Source of the DNA: a virus
Virus record (IMG/VR): IMGVR_UViG_3300033977_000008
Location: 1 to 48,136 of that record
Length of the DNA: 48,136 nucleotides
Reading direction: 5' to 3' (one strand)
A program made the translations under genes and the position numbers. Of the stretch, positions 6,270-14,755 are shown piece after piece (the first letter of the stretch is position 1; each line of letters opens with the position of its first letter). The notes beneath the pieces were generated by a model that did not search any database, was not told the DNA's origin, and saw nothing but the letters and a program-made list of their open reading frames with translations.

Positions 6270-8143
6270 CGGTGGCCTATCCAAACATTGGTCTGCCGTA
6301 CCGTGACAATTCGACATTCAACCCTCCGAGTTTCGTTGCTGATTCGCCGGACGAGCGCGCAAAACAAGCCCAAAAGTATTTACTCGTTCTCGCTGAGCAG
6401 CGCCTTCCTTGGGAACCTCAAATAGACAACTTAATCATGTATGTCAACCACGGACGGCGCAGCATCCAGGACAAAGACTTGTGGCCTGGGATGCCCACGG
6501 GCATGGAGATTTACGATGACAGCGCGATGCTCGCTCGCAACATGCTGGTGGACGGCATGTGCGGCTATTTATGTGGTCGGAATCAGCCTTGGTTCGCACT
6601 CGAAATCCCCGGTAAGCTGAACTTCCCGCGTGGCGCTGGCATGAGGGCTTGGACGGGAAAGCGTGTTGACGAATATCCACAAGTTCAGCGCTGGCTTCAG
6701 GACTGTCAGGAAGTCATGTACTCCGCTTTCAACCGCTCGAATTTCTACGATGTCATAACAGAATTCATCAGTGATGGAGCGACTTGCGGCACTGCGCATC
6801 TCGTTGTCGAAGAGGATGTGATAACGGGAACTATCGTGTTCATTGTTCCGCACTTCCGGGAATGCTTCATTGCCGTAAATCGTTTCGGCCAGGTGGATAC
6901 GAATTACCGGGTTTACAAGATGACCTTGCGGCAATTCGTACAGCAGTTTGGCCTAGAGCGGATGAAAGAAGCCGAGCCGAATTTCGAGAACTCGTACAAA
7001 GCCAACATGCACGCGGAACGCGAAGTTTTGCACGCGGTTTATCCTCGCAAAGATTACAAGCCTGGGAGAATTGATGCGCAGGGTAAGCCGTGGGCATCGT
7101 TGTGGGTTTATTGTCGAGGCGGCAGAATATCTCCGTTTCAGGGTAATGTAGAACTGAGTGCCCCGGCTGGCAATGCTCTGAGTTTGTTATCTGAGGGTGG
7201 CTACGATTCGATGCCCACGATTACTTGGCGTTGGCGGGTGAATTCGGATGAAATTTACGGTCGAGGCCCAGCGCATGATGCTTGGGTGGCTATCGCGCTT
7301 GCTAATCAGATGGGAAGGACGAATCTGGTCACGGCACAGAAAGCCGCTGAGCCGCCCCTCGTGGCCTACTCAGACATGCGCGGCCAAATCCAGCGCGGCC
7401 CGAACGGGATTACTTTTGTTGAATCGAATCGAGGCGATCTGCGAGTACGGATGCCTCAGCCGCTCACAACAGGGGTGCAAAACCTTCCCTTTAACGCTGA
7501 GTATCAGACTAAGGTCAGCCAGATCATCAACCAACATTTCCACACAGATGTTTTCATGTTGTTGACCCAATTAGCTCAAGCAAAGGCCAGCGAGCGTATG
7601 GTGACTGAGCAAATTTTCGAGTTAATGAATGAGAAGGCGGCAGTATTGGGAACTCGTGTAGGCAACCTGCAATCGGAAGCATTCGATCCCCTAATTGCCA
7701 GAGTGTATGATATCGAAGCGCGCGCTGGGCGAATTCCTGAACCGCCTGATATTTTACTCAGTAGTGAGCATGGGCCGGTGCAAGTGCAATATCTCGGGCC
7801 ACTTGCGCAGGCACAGATGCGATTGTCAAAAGTTCGGTCCATTCAATCAGGGGTAGCGCTGGTCCAACAAATTGCGCAGGTAGACCCAGTTGCCATGCAT
7901 GTGATTGATTTCGACCAAGCGGTGCGCGAGGCTCTGGATGCTACTGGATTCCCAGCTTCCTGTCTACGCGACCCGCAAGCGGTTGCCGAGATTCGCCGGA
8001 TGGCAGAAGAGAAATTGGCACGTCAAGAAAAAATTGAGGAGCTTCCAAAGGTTGCTAAGGCGATGGCCCTTGCAGGCAAAGCCAGTGAACAAGGAAGTCC
8101 CCTCAAGACACTTATGGGCGGAAGTCCAGAACCAGGTGAATGA
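6266..8143 (+). CDS. Portal (head-to-tail connector) protein, podovirus type
   Basis: 625 aa, downstream of TerL and upstream of scaffold and MCP. N-terminal ...LARNMLVDGMCGYLCGRNQPWFALEIP resembles T7-like connector family members. Confidence 0.8.
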   Translation: MTVAYPNIGLPYRDNSTFNPPSFVADSPDERAKQAQKYLLVLAEQRLPWEPQIDNLIMYVNHGRRSIQDKDLWPGMPTGMEIYDDSAMLARNMLVDGMCGYLCGRNQPWFALEIPGKLNFPRGAGMRAWTGKRVDEYPQVQRWLQDCQEVMYSAFNRSNFYDVITEFISDGATCGTAHLVVEEDVITGTIVFIVPHFRECFIAVNRFGQVDTNYRVYKMTLRQFVQQFGLERMKEAEPNFENSYKANMHAEREVLHAVYPRKDYKPGRIDAQGKPWASLWVYCRGGRISPFQGNVELSAPAGNALSLLSEGGYDSMPTITWRWRVNSDEIYGRGPAHDAWVAIALANQMGRTNLVTAQKAAEPPLVAYSDMRGQIQRGPNGITFVESNRGDLRVRMPQPLTTGVQNLPFNAEYQTKVSQIINQHFHTDVFMLLTQLAQAKASERMVTEQIFELMNEKAAVLGTRVGNLQSEAFDPLIARVYDIEARAGRIPEPPDILLSSEHGPVQVQYLGPLAQAQMRLSKVRSIQSGVALVQQIAQVDPVAMHVIDFDQAVREALDATGFPASCLRDPQAVAEIRRMAEEKLARQEKIEELPKVAKAMALAGKASEQGSPLKTLMGGSPEPGE

Positions 8144-8391
8144 TGCCTATTGAGTTTGCTCCGCCCAATCTGGACGCGAAGAAACTTGAGGAAATGAGGC
8201 AACGCTACCGGAATGTTTTTGGTAGTGAGGAAGGACGTTTGGTGCTAGGAGACATCTTGGTGATGTGTCACTTCGGAGTCCCACTCAACAGTGAAGAGGA
8301 GCGCCATGAGTACAACGTAGGGGTTGCTATTGCTCGGATGTGTGCTATCATGAGCGAGGTTGACAGTTTACTGGGCATTAGAGGAGGGTGA
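8140..8391 (+). CDS. Bbp19-like small protein
   Basis: FGSEEGRLVLGDILVMCHFG...EYNVGVAIARM resembles the Bbp19 family found after the portal in BPP-1-like podoviruses. ATGA overlap with the portal. Confidence 0.45.
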   Translation: MMPIEFAPPNLDAKKLEEMRQRYRNVFGSEEGRLVLGDILVMCHFGVPLNSEEERHEYNVGVAIARMCAIMSEVDSLLGIRGG

Positions 8392-8395
8392 GAAT

Positions 8396-8785
8396 ATGCC
8401 AAGCGGTCCGTATTATGACAATGTTCGCCAGGGAGGACCAGATGGAATTCGCTTCCCTCTGGAAGTTCAACGCGCCATGTACGCAGTCGAGAAGGAAGTT
8501 GATCTCGGTAGCCTCGCTAGCGGCTCGACCACCTACCTAACACCTGACCAAGCAGGAGCCTCGGTGATCACGGCAACTCCTGGAGGAGCTTGTACGATTG
8601 TCTATCCGTGTTGCCAGCCAGGTTTTACGGTATTGATCATAAATCTTGCGAGCGGTGCTGGTTACACAATCACGATTCAGTGTGGAACGAACACAACCAA
8701 TGTCGCCGTATGTCCCATTAGCAAGACGAGCTTGGTGATTCACACTGGGACAAATGGCGGTGCTTTGTTGGGACCAAACGCCTGA
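8396..8785 (+). CDS. Hypothetical structural-module protein
   Basis: SD GAGGAGGG lies 7 nt before ATG 8396. 129 aa, beta-rich, Cys-containing. Confidence 0.6.
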   Translation: MPSGPYYDNVRQGGPDGIRFPLEVQRAMYAVEKEVDLGSLASGSTTYLTPDQAGASVITATPGGACTIVYPCCQPGFTVLIINLASGAGYTITIQCGTNTTNVAVCPISKTSLVIHTGTNGGALLGPNA

Positions 8786-8800
8786 GACTGAGGAGGTCTG

Positions 8801-8983
8801 ATGCCTGGTGCTAGCGGAGGCGGCAAGGGCGGAGGAAAAGGCAAGGCGTCTAATCCTGCTTTGCATGATGATGAGGATTGGTTTCGCTCGTGGGTGAATA
8901 AGCGTAGAAAAGAACTGCGAGATAAGAAAGCGCTCAAGGGTATGACCTATCCGAAATCTCACATGCACCCGCGAAGACCATGA
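8801..8983 (+). CDS. Small Gly/Lys-rich protein
   Basis: SD GAGGAGG before the ATG. Sequence GGGKGGGKGK followed by a basic helix. Confidence 0.55.
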   Translation: MPGASGGGKGGGKGKASNPALHDDEDWFRSWVNKRRKELRDKKALKGMTYPKSHMHPRRP

Positions 8984-9222
8984 AAGACGTGGCGACTTCA
9001 ATGACGAACAAGGAACGTGAGGAGAAATGGAAGGCCGAAGACGACGCACGAACTCTCGCTGAGGCTGAAGTTATTAAGGGGGATGGGAAACGCCATGCCA
9101 AAGCGAAAGAAGCTGGCGAAAGACTTGCCAAAGAAGCACATGAGCGGGCAGAGGCTATGGAGAGAATCGCAAAGTCTAAAATGAAATATGACAAGAGCGA
9201 GATGCCACCTGCGAAGGAGTGA
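8980..9222 (+). CDS. Small charged helical protein; possible second scaffold or scaffold-like protein
   Basis: ATGA overlap upstream. Highly charged helix. The C-terminus KMKYDKSEMPPAKE duplicates the scaffold C-terminus KMVYDKSNMPPAKA. Confidence 0.55.
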   Translation: MKDVATSMTNKEREEKWKAEDDARTLAEAEVIKGDGKRHAKAKEAGERLAKEAHERAEAMERIAKSKMKYDKSEMPPAKE

Positions 9223-9398
9223 CGGAATTGCCAAAAGACTTCGATGCTTGTGTAGCAGCGGGAGGCCGTGTGCGGACGGTGAGCGGAAGTAAGGCGCATG
9301 GCTTGAAGAAAGATGAGTATGTCAGATATTGCTTCCCGAAGGGTGGAGGCGCAGGAATTCGAGGAGAAGTTCAGAAGAAAGAGAAGGAGAAGAAGTAA
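9219..9398 (+). CDS. 59-aa Cys-containing protein, absent from the ORF track (below its length cut-off)
   Basis: GTG 9219 overlaps the upstream stop (GTGA). Sequence VTELPKDFDACVAAGGRVRTVSG...YCFPKGGG...KKEKEKK. Its stop overlaps the scaffold ATG (TAATG). Confidence 0.4.
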   Translation: MTELPKDFDACVAAGGRVRTVSGSKAHGLKKDEYVRYCFPKGGGAGIRGEVQKKEKEKK

Positions 9399-10123
9399 TG
9401 CCAGAGGAAGTTCCACCGAAAGCGGGCGACCAGCCAACACCATCGCTGGGATGGCGAGCGGGCCTGCCAGATGACCTCAAAGAGAATGCGGCTTTCACGC
9501 CGTACAAGACGGTGGGAGATTTTGCAAAATTCCACCTTGAGACGGCAACGAAAGTGCAAGGACTTGAGGCGAAACTGGCAGACGCGATTCCCAAACTTCC
9601 CGATGATGCCACGCAGGAAGAGCGGGATATTTACCTGATGTCACTCGGACGGCCGGAAACGGCTGAAGAGTACGAATTGGCCGGGGATGGCAAGGACGCG
9701 CCGGAGTGGACGAACTATTGGAAGGGTGAACTTTTCAAGCTCGGCGTTTCCAAGGATACCGCAAAGGCGCTGTCTCAAACTCTCCAAGGCCAAATCTCGA
9801 AAATGGTGGAAGCGCACAATGCAGCAATTAAGAAGGAAATTGAAGATGCTTCTACCAAACTCAAAACCGAGTTGGGAGACAAGTACGATGCCAGCGTTCA
9901 ACTGGCTACGCGGCTGTGGAAGCAGTATACGGATAGCGATTTCGATAAAGCGTTCACTGGCGAGACATCCGCCAATCGCTTTCAGATTATCCGGTACATT
10001 CTGAAAATGGCCGCGAAAACCGGAGAAGACACATCTTTGCCTGGAGGTACGCAAAGAACAACTGCTCCTGTTCAAGACAAAATGGTCTATGACAAGAGCA
10101 ACATGCCTCCGGCTAAGGCGTAG
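9398..10123 (+). CDS. Head scaffolding protein
   Basis: ATG 9398 preceded by GAGAAGGAGAAGAAG. Acidic helical 241-aa protein directly upstream of the MCP. Confidence 0.6.
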   Translation: MPEEVPPKAGDQPTPSLGWRAGLPDDLKENAAFTPYKTVGDFAKFHLETATKVQGLEAKLADAIPKLPDDATQEERDIYLMSLGRPETAEEYELAGDGKDAPEWTNYWKGELFKLGVSKDTAKALSQTLQGQISKMVEAHNAAIKKEIEDASTKLKTELGDKYDASVQLATRLWKQYTDSDFDKAFTGETSANRFQIIRYILKMAAKTGEDTSLPGGTQRTTAPVQDKMVYDKSNMPPAKA

Positions 10124-10143
10124 TCCTCCAAAGGAGAAAAAAC

Positions 10144-11193
10144 GTGGCAGACGTATCTGTGTTGGGTTATCCAACCCTAATCGACATTTTCAATAACTAT
10201 TCGTCTACTGACGCCCGAGCCCAGTTCATTTGGGCTGCTCGCATCTTGGATCGCACCTGCCCGCTCATTCGCATCATGCCCATGATCGAATCAAACAACA
10301 TGCTGTCCAATGTCGCAACTCGGACGGATTACATTCCCAGCCCGGCCACTCGGCGTTTCGATGAAGGCGTGACGCCGACCGTCGCGCACAACATTCCATT
10401 GAACGATCCCATCGCGCTTTTCTATGATTACTCCGAAGTGGATAAAGACAAGTGCGATTTTCAGAACGACCCGACTGCCTGGCGGCAAGATCAGGACGCT
10501 AACCATGTCGAAGGTTTCCGGCAGAAGCTGGAATTGATGATGTGGTATGGGTCGCTAACTCAAGACGGGGGAGCATTCAACGGTTTGGCTACTCGATTCA
10601 ACAACCTAGAATCCTTGCCCAATGGCTTAGCCGACTGGCCTCCGAATGTTTGGAACGGAGGCGCTTCATCCGGCCAGGTAACAAGTGCTTGGTTCATTGA
10701 GTTCGGCAAGCAGAAAGTTCACGGGATTTATCCGCGAAATACCGCTGCTGGTTTGCAAATCCGCGACCTTGGTGAAATGACTAAGGAAATTGCTACCAGC
10801 ACCACAGGCGGACCCACCATGAACAAACTGCTCCAGGTTTATCGAACGCTGTTGATGTGGTGGGTCGGCATTCAGGTTGTGGATGAACGCTGTGTCCAGA
10901 GAATCGCTAACATCAACCCGGCTATCCTATCTAGTAATAACTTCGATGAGAACATCTTCATCGAAGCGAAAAACTGGCTGCCGGATGGCGGGGAGAATCC
11001 GGGCACGGCGATCTTCGTCAATCGCTGGCTGAAGACTCAAATCGACATTCGCGCGGTCAGCCAGAAAATCAACACTTATTTTACCCAGGACAAGGCGACT
11101 GGCGATGTTTATGGCCGTCCGGTCGCTCGTTTTCAGGGTATCCCGATCTTTGTCGCCGAGAAAATTCTGACGACAGAGACGGTGCTGACGTAG
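10144..11193 (+). CDS. Major capsid protein
   Basis: 349 aa. GTG start with SD AAAGGAGAAAA. Canonical portal-scaffold-MCP position. Confidence 0.75.
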   Translation: MADVSVLGYPTLIDIFNNYSSTDARAQFIWAARILDRTCPLIRIMPMIESNNMLSNVATRTDYIPSPATRRFDEGVTPTVAHNIPLNDPIALFYDYSEVDKDKCDFQNDPTAWRQDQDANHVEGFRQKLELMMWYGSLTQDGGAFNGLATRFNNLESLPNGLADWPPNVWNGGASSGQVTSAWFIEFGKQKVHGIYPRNTAAGLQIRDLGEMTKEIATSTTGGPTMNKLLQVYRTLLMWWVGIQVVDERCVQRIANINPAILSSNNFDENIFIEAKNWLPDGGENPGTAIFVNRWLKTQIDIRAVSQKINTYFTQDKATGDVYGRPVARFQGIPIFVAEKILTTETVLT

Positions 11194-11207
11194 GAGGGAG
11201 GGAAAAC

Positions 11208-11978
11208 ATGCCAGTCACGGATGCATTGCTTTTTGTTCATGGTTCTGGGACTTCGGCTTACGGGCCAATGACTGCTACGGCGGTAGCGTACACGGCAAGC
11301 GTGACTGCTGGCAGTACAACTCTGACGGTTTCAGCCGTTGCCGGTGGTACGATTATCGTGGGACAGGCAGTGATTGGTCCTGGCGTAGCTCCCGGCACGG
11401 TCATTGCAGGACTAAACAGCGGCGTTGGAGGAACCGGAACATATTATTTGAATCTTCCCGCCACAAGCACGCAGAGTGGCGCATCCTACGTTGGCTCACC
11501 CAAGAGTTTGGGAGACGCGCTTTGCTGGGCTGGACTCAACGGGACTGCCGGAGCGCAATACAGTAACATCGAACTCGACTTCGGAACTGGCTATTTAGGT
11601 GGAGCTGGTGGCTACCCGTCTTATGCAGAGAAGGGTTATACCTTCCCGCCTGAGATTCTTGGTGACGGCGGGGTCGAATTTGGCTTGCATATTCAGATCG
11701 AAGCGCCATTCTTTACCGGAGCGGGATGCACTGGAATCGCTTTCAGTGTTTGTACCAGTTCAGCTTCCGGCGCGCTGGTTGGGAACGCGCCAAATCCTAT
11801 TGCGGCCAGAACACTCAGCCTAGCTCAACTTGAAGTTCTGGGTGCGCATTACTTCATTCCAGTAAACTTTGCCTCGGTGCTGGAATTCCTCAATTTCTAT
11901 GCTGCACCTGGCACCGGCAATCCGAATTCGGGATTGATTGTTGCTTGGTTTGGTCCGAAGACTGGAGGGGAGCAGTAA
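11208..11978 (+). CDS. Capsid decoration/cement-like protein carrying an inserted ~55-aa module
   Basis: Strong SD (GGAGGGAGGG). Immediately after the MCP. Carries the module GSTTLTVSAVAGGTIIVGQAVIGPGVAPGTVIAGL...GTYYL that is shared with ORF 12286. Confidence 0.45.
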   Translation: MPVTDALLFVHGSGTSAYGPMTATAVAYTASVTAGSTTLTVSAVAGGTIIVGQAVIGPGVAPGTVIAGLNSGVGGTGTYYLNLPATSTQSGASYVGSPKSLGDALCWAGLNGTAGAQYSNIELDFGTGYLGGAGGYPSYAEKGYTFPPEILGDGGVEFGLHIQIEAPFFTGAGCTGIAFSVCTSSASGALVGNAPNPIAARTLSLAQLEVLGAHYFIPVNFASVLEFLNFYAAPGTGNPNSGLIVAWFGPKTGGEQ

Positions 11979-11979
11979 A

Positions 11980-12243
11980 ATGCTGGTTAAAGCCAAGTGC
12001 GTCGCGCAAGCATTCGACAATCAAGGCAAGCACCTATATTATCCCGGCGATGTCGTTGAGATGAACAGTGAAAGCTCGCTGGCTCAACTGCTCACTCCGG
12101 CTGGGAAATGGGTCTTTACTTGGGATGGGAGACAACCGCCTGATCCGAAACTCGTAGCAGCGATGCTGCATGCTCCTATCCCGGAACCTGTGCCAGTTGA
12201 GAATCCGAAGCCGCAAAAGGCCGCAGGGAGTCGGGTTTCCTAG
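11980..12243 (+). CDS. Hypothetical structural-module protein, 87 aa
   Basis: ATG 1 nt after the upstream stop. Pro-rich C-terminus. Confidence 0.5.
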   Translation: MLVKAKCVAQAFDNQGKHLYYPGDVVEMNSESSLAQLLTPAGKWVFTWDGRQPPDPKLVAAMLHAPIPEPVPVENPKPQKAAGSRVS

Positions 12244-12285
12244 TCCTCCTTTCCCCGACTCCCCGCGACTAACTAAGAGGGCGGA

Positions 12286-13227
12286 GTGAACTATTCCGCA
12301 GTGTCGATTGCGAACATGGCGTTGTTGCGCATCGGCGCACGCGGTTCGATTGCCAGCCTCGACGAAGATTCCCCCAACGCAATTAAGGTGAATACTGTCT
12401 GGGACATGATCTTCCAGGAAGTCCTATCTGAACGAGACTGGAAATTTGCTAAAATTCGTGCGGAATTACAAGAAGCTGGGAAGGTCAGTTTTACCGGTTG
12501 GATCTCCGGCACTACGCTCACCGTTACAGCTATTACCTACGGGACTTTGCAGATCGGACAGGTAATTTGGGGTGCGGGCATACTGCCGGGAACAATCATC
12601 ACGGGTTTAGGCACGGGCACGGGTCAGAGTGGTACATACATAGTCAGTATTTCCCAAACGGTTGCCAGCGAAAGTATGACGACTGCGATGCGCCCGCTCT
12701 ATGCCTATCGCCATGCCTATGCTCTTCCTTCTGACTTTCTCCGACTCGTAAAACCCCGCGAGGTTCCGCAAGAACGTTCCATTGCCTATTTCAATGATGT
12801 CGGGCTGTACCCATTCTTTGGTCACGGCTGCTGGCGAGACAGAGATGTACCCGTATGGCCGCGCGAAGTTGCTCCCTACGTGGTAGAAACATTGTCTGAC
12901 GGCAATAAGTATCTCTTGAGCAACTATCCTGATTGGGGCGAAGTCCACATTGCCGTAAAAATCAATTACATCCGGCTGATTACGGACTTGACTCAATTGA
13001 TGCCGGGTTTTGTGAACTGCTTAGCTTATCGGCTTGCTGGAGAACTAGCTGTACCAATTACTGAGGATAAGCAAAAAGCTCAGGATATGATGCAGGGCTT
13101 TCGTGACGCGCTGAACTCTGCTCAAGCTCAACTGGAATGCGACGACTTTTTGAAGGACGAACAAGGTTCTCAAAGCTGGGTGGAAGCTGGCAGGTGGCCC
13201 TGTCCGGGACGGGGATGGCTACGCTAA
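12286..13227 (+). CDS. Head-tail adaptor / tail tubular protein A-like protein with an inserted module
   Basis: N-terminal [24 protein letters not shown]...W.FAK and later [17 protein letters not shown] resemble podovirus adaptor-type proteins. Lies between the head and nozzle genes. Confidence 0.5.
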   Translation: MNYSAVSIANMALLRIGARGSIASLDEDSPNAIKVNTVWDMIFQEVLSERDWKFAKIRAELQEAGKVSFTGWISGTTLTVTAITYGTLQIGQVIWGAGILPGTIITGLGTGTGQSGTYIVSISQTVASESMTTAMRPLYAYRHAYALPSDFLRLVKPREVPQERSIAYFNDVGLYPFFGHGCWRDRDVPVWPREVAPYVVETLSDGNKYLLSNYPDWGEVHIAVKINYIRLITDLTQLMPGFVNCLAYRLAGELAVPITEDKQKAQDMMQGFRDALNSAQAQLECDDFLKDEQGSQSWVEAGRWPCPGRGWLR

Positions 13228-13524
13228 ATGGCCAAAACGGTAAAACTGTGTGGCGCGGAGTTTGCGAGGCTCAAACGCGCGCTTAGGCGCAGTCAACTCA
13301 CCGCAGCGACTGATAGTTTTGCAGACGGCGAAACGCCAACAGATTCGGGGGACCATCAGCATTTCGGATTGATTCGCGTGCCGGTTCCTGCGTTGAGTTT
13401 AATTTTACCTCTGAATGGTATAGTTCAGAATCAGGGTCAGGATTACACTTTGAGTGGAAATCAAATTACGTTTGCAAACGCCCTGACGCCACCCTTTACG
13501 CTGCTGGCTTGGTATCGTTGTTAG
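13228..13524 (+). CDS. Small virion-module protein with an NG..DYTLSG..ITF beta-domain
   Basis: LPLNGIVQNQGQDYTLSGNQITFANAL...WY. The same motif occurs at the C-terminus of ORF 13534. Confidence 0.5.
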   Translation: MAKTVKLCGAEFARLKRALRRSQLTAATDSFADGETPTDSGDHQHFGLIRVPVPALSLILPLNGIVQNQGQDYTLSGNQITFANALTPPFTLLAWYRC

Positions 13525-13533
13525 GAGGTTCCA

Positions 13534-14247
13534 ATGCGTTTACTGTCTTTTCGGGATGCGAGAGGAAGATTTTGGTATGGCAGAGGTGCGAGATTTATTA
13601 ACTTCTCGCCCGGACCTCTATTGATTCTTTGCGTTCTACTCCTTGGTGCTTTCGGCGTCGGGGCCGCTACACAGATTAGTCTCACAACGCAAGTACAAGG
13701 AATTCTCCCAGGGACGAATGGTGGCACTAGCGTGAGCAGCACGGCTACATTCCCAACTTCAGGAACCGTGATGACTACGGGAACAAGTGTTAGCTGCTCT
13801 CAACTGCCTGCCCTGACGGGAAACGTGACTACGACCGCTGGGAGTTGTACTTCGACGGTAGCTGCTGTGAATGGGACAACGGTGCCCACGAACTCTGCGG
13901 CGGATCAAGTTATCAACACCACAGCCAGTGCAACCGGTCAGTGGACATCTTTACCCAACACTGGTACAGGCCAAGCATTGGGGTACAGCACAAGTTCACA
14001 TGGATTCAGTGCTGTAACGGTGCTTACTGGTACGCTTGTGGATGCGGAGACGCCGAGTGGAACTTGTCCAACGACGACCTTGACCTTAGCAAATACCCCG
14101 AATCCAACAACCAGCCTAAAACTCTATAAAAACGGTCAAAGGGAAATCGTTGGGTCATCTGCGGATTACACGCTATCCAGCGCCACCATTACTTTGAACA
14201 CCTCTTGCGCGTCAACTGATGCCTTTATTGCAGATTACCGACACTGA
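13534..14247 (+). CDS. S/T-rich virion-module protein with an N-terminal signal/anchor segment
   Basis: SD TAGGAGG. Hydrophobic segment PLLILCVLLLGAFGVGAA after a basic n-region. T/S-rich body. C-terminal LYKNGQREIVGSSADYTLSSATITL domain. Confidence 0.55.
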   Translation: MRLLSFRDARGRFWYGRGARFINFSPGPLLILCVLLLGAFGVGAATQISLTTQVQGILPGTNGGTSVSSTATFPTSGTVMTTGTSVSCSQLPALTGNVTTTAGSCTSTVAAVNGTTVPTNSAADQVINTTASATGQWTSLPNTGTGQALGYSTSSHGFSAVTVLTGTLVDAETPSGTCPTTTLTLANTPNPTTSLKLYKNGQREIVGSSADYTLSSATITLNTSCASTDAFIADYRH

Positions 14248-14254
14248 GGTGGTT

Positions 14255-14737
14255 ATGAAATTCAGATCGGTCATACTGGCTCTGCTGTCTACTACGCTTC
14301 TTAATCTGGGCTCGCAGACAACCGGAGTCGCGCCTTCCGGGACTTACATGAAGACAATGGTGCATCTGTTTTGTACCGGTACGCAATCCACAACTGCTGG
14401 GACTTACTACATGCCGGGGTTTGGCGGTACTTCCACTGCTTGCTCGAGTTTGCCCACATCCGCATCGGGGGGGACTCCAGCTCCAACAAGTACGGGGACG
14501 ATTAAGAACTTGCGCGCTCTTTCTAGTGCCGCCGGCAAGGGTTCGGGAAGCGGCGTTCTCAAGATTTACTTAGCCGGGACCGCAACTTCTGTTACGTGCA
14601 CGCTGGGGACTAGTACCTCTTGCAGCGATACGACTGATTCAGCGACTTACACGGCAGGCCAAACGCTGACCGTCTCGACAGCGAGTATAGCCAGTGAGAC
14701 TCTTGCAAATACAGCTATTTCGTTCGAGATTTGGTAA
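14255..14737 (+). CDS. S/T-rich protein with a Sec-type signal peptide
   Basis: SD GAGGTGG before ATG 14255. N-terminus MKFRSVILALLSTTLLNLGS, followed by a T/S/G-rich beta sequence. Confidence 0.55.
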   Translation: MKFRSVILALLSTTLLNLGSQTTGVAPSGTYMKTMVHLFCTGTQSTTAGTYYMPGFGGTSTACSSLPTSASGGTPAPTSTGTIKNLRALSSAAGKGSGSGVLKIYLAGTATSVTCTLGTSTSCSDTTDSATYTAGQTLTVSTASIASETLANTAISFEIW

Positions 14738-14755
14738 CTGGGATGGTTCTTGTAG

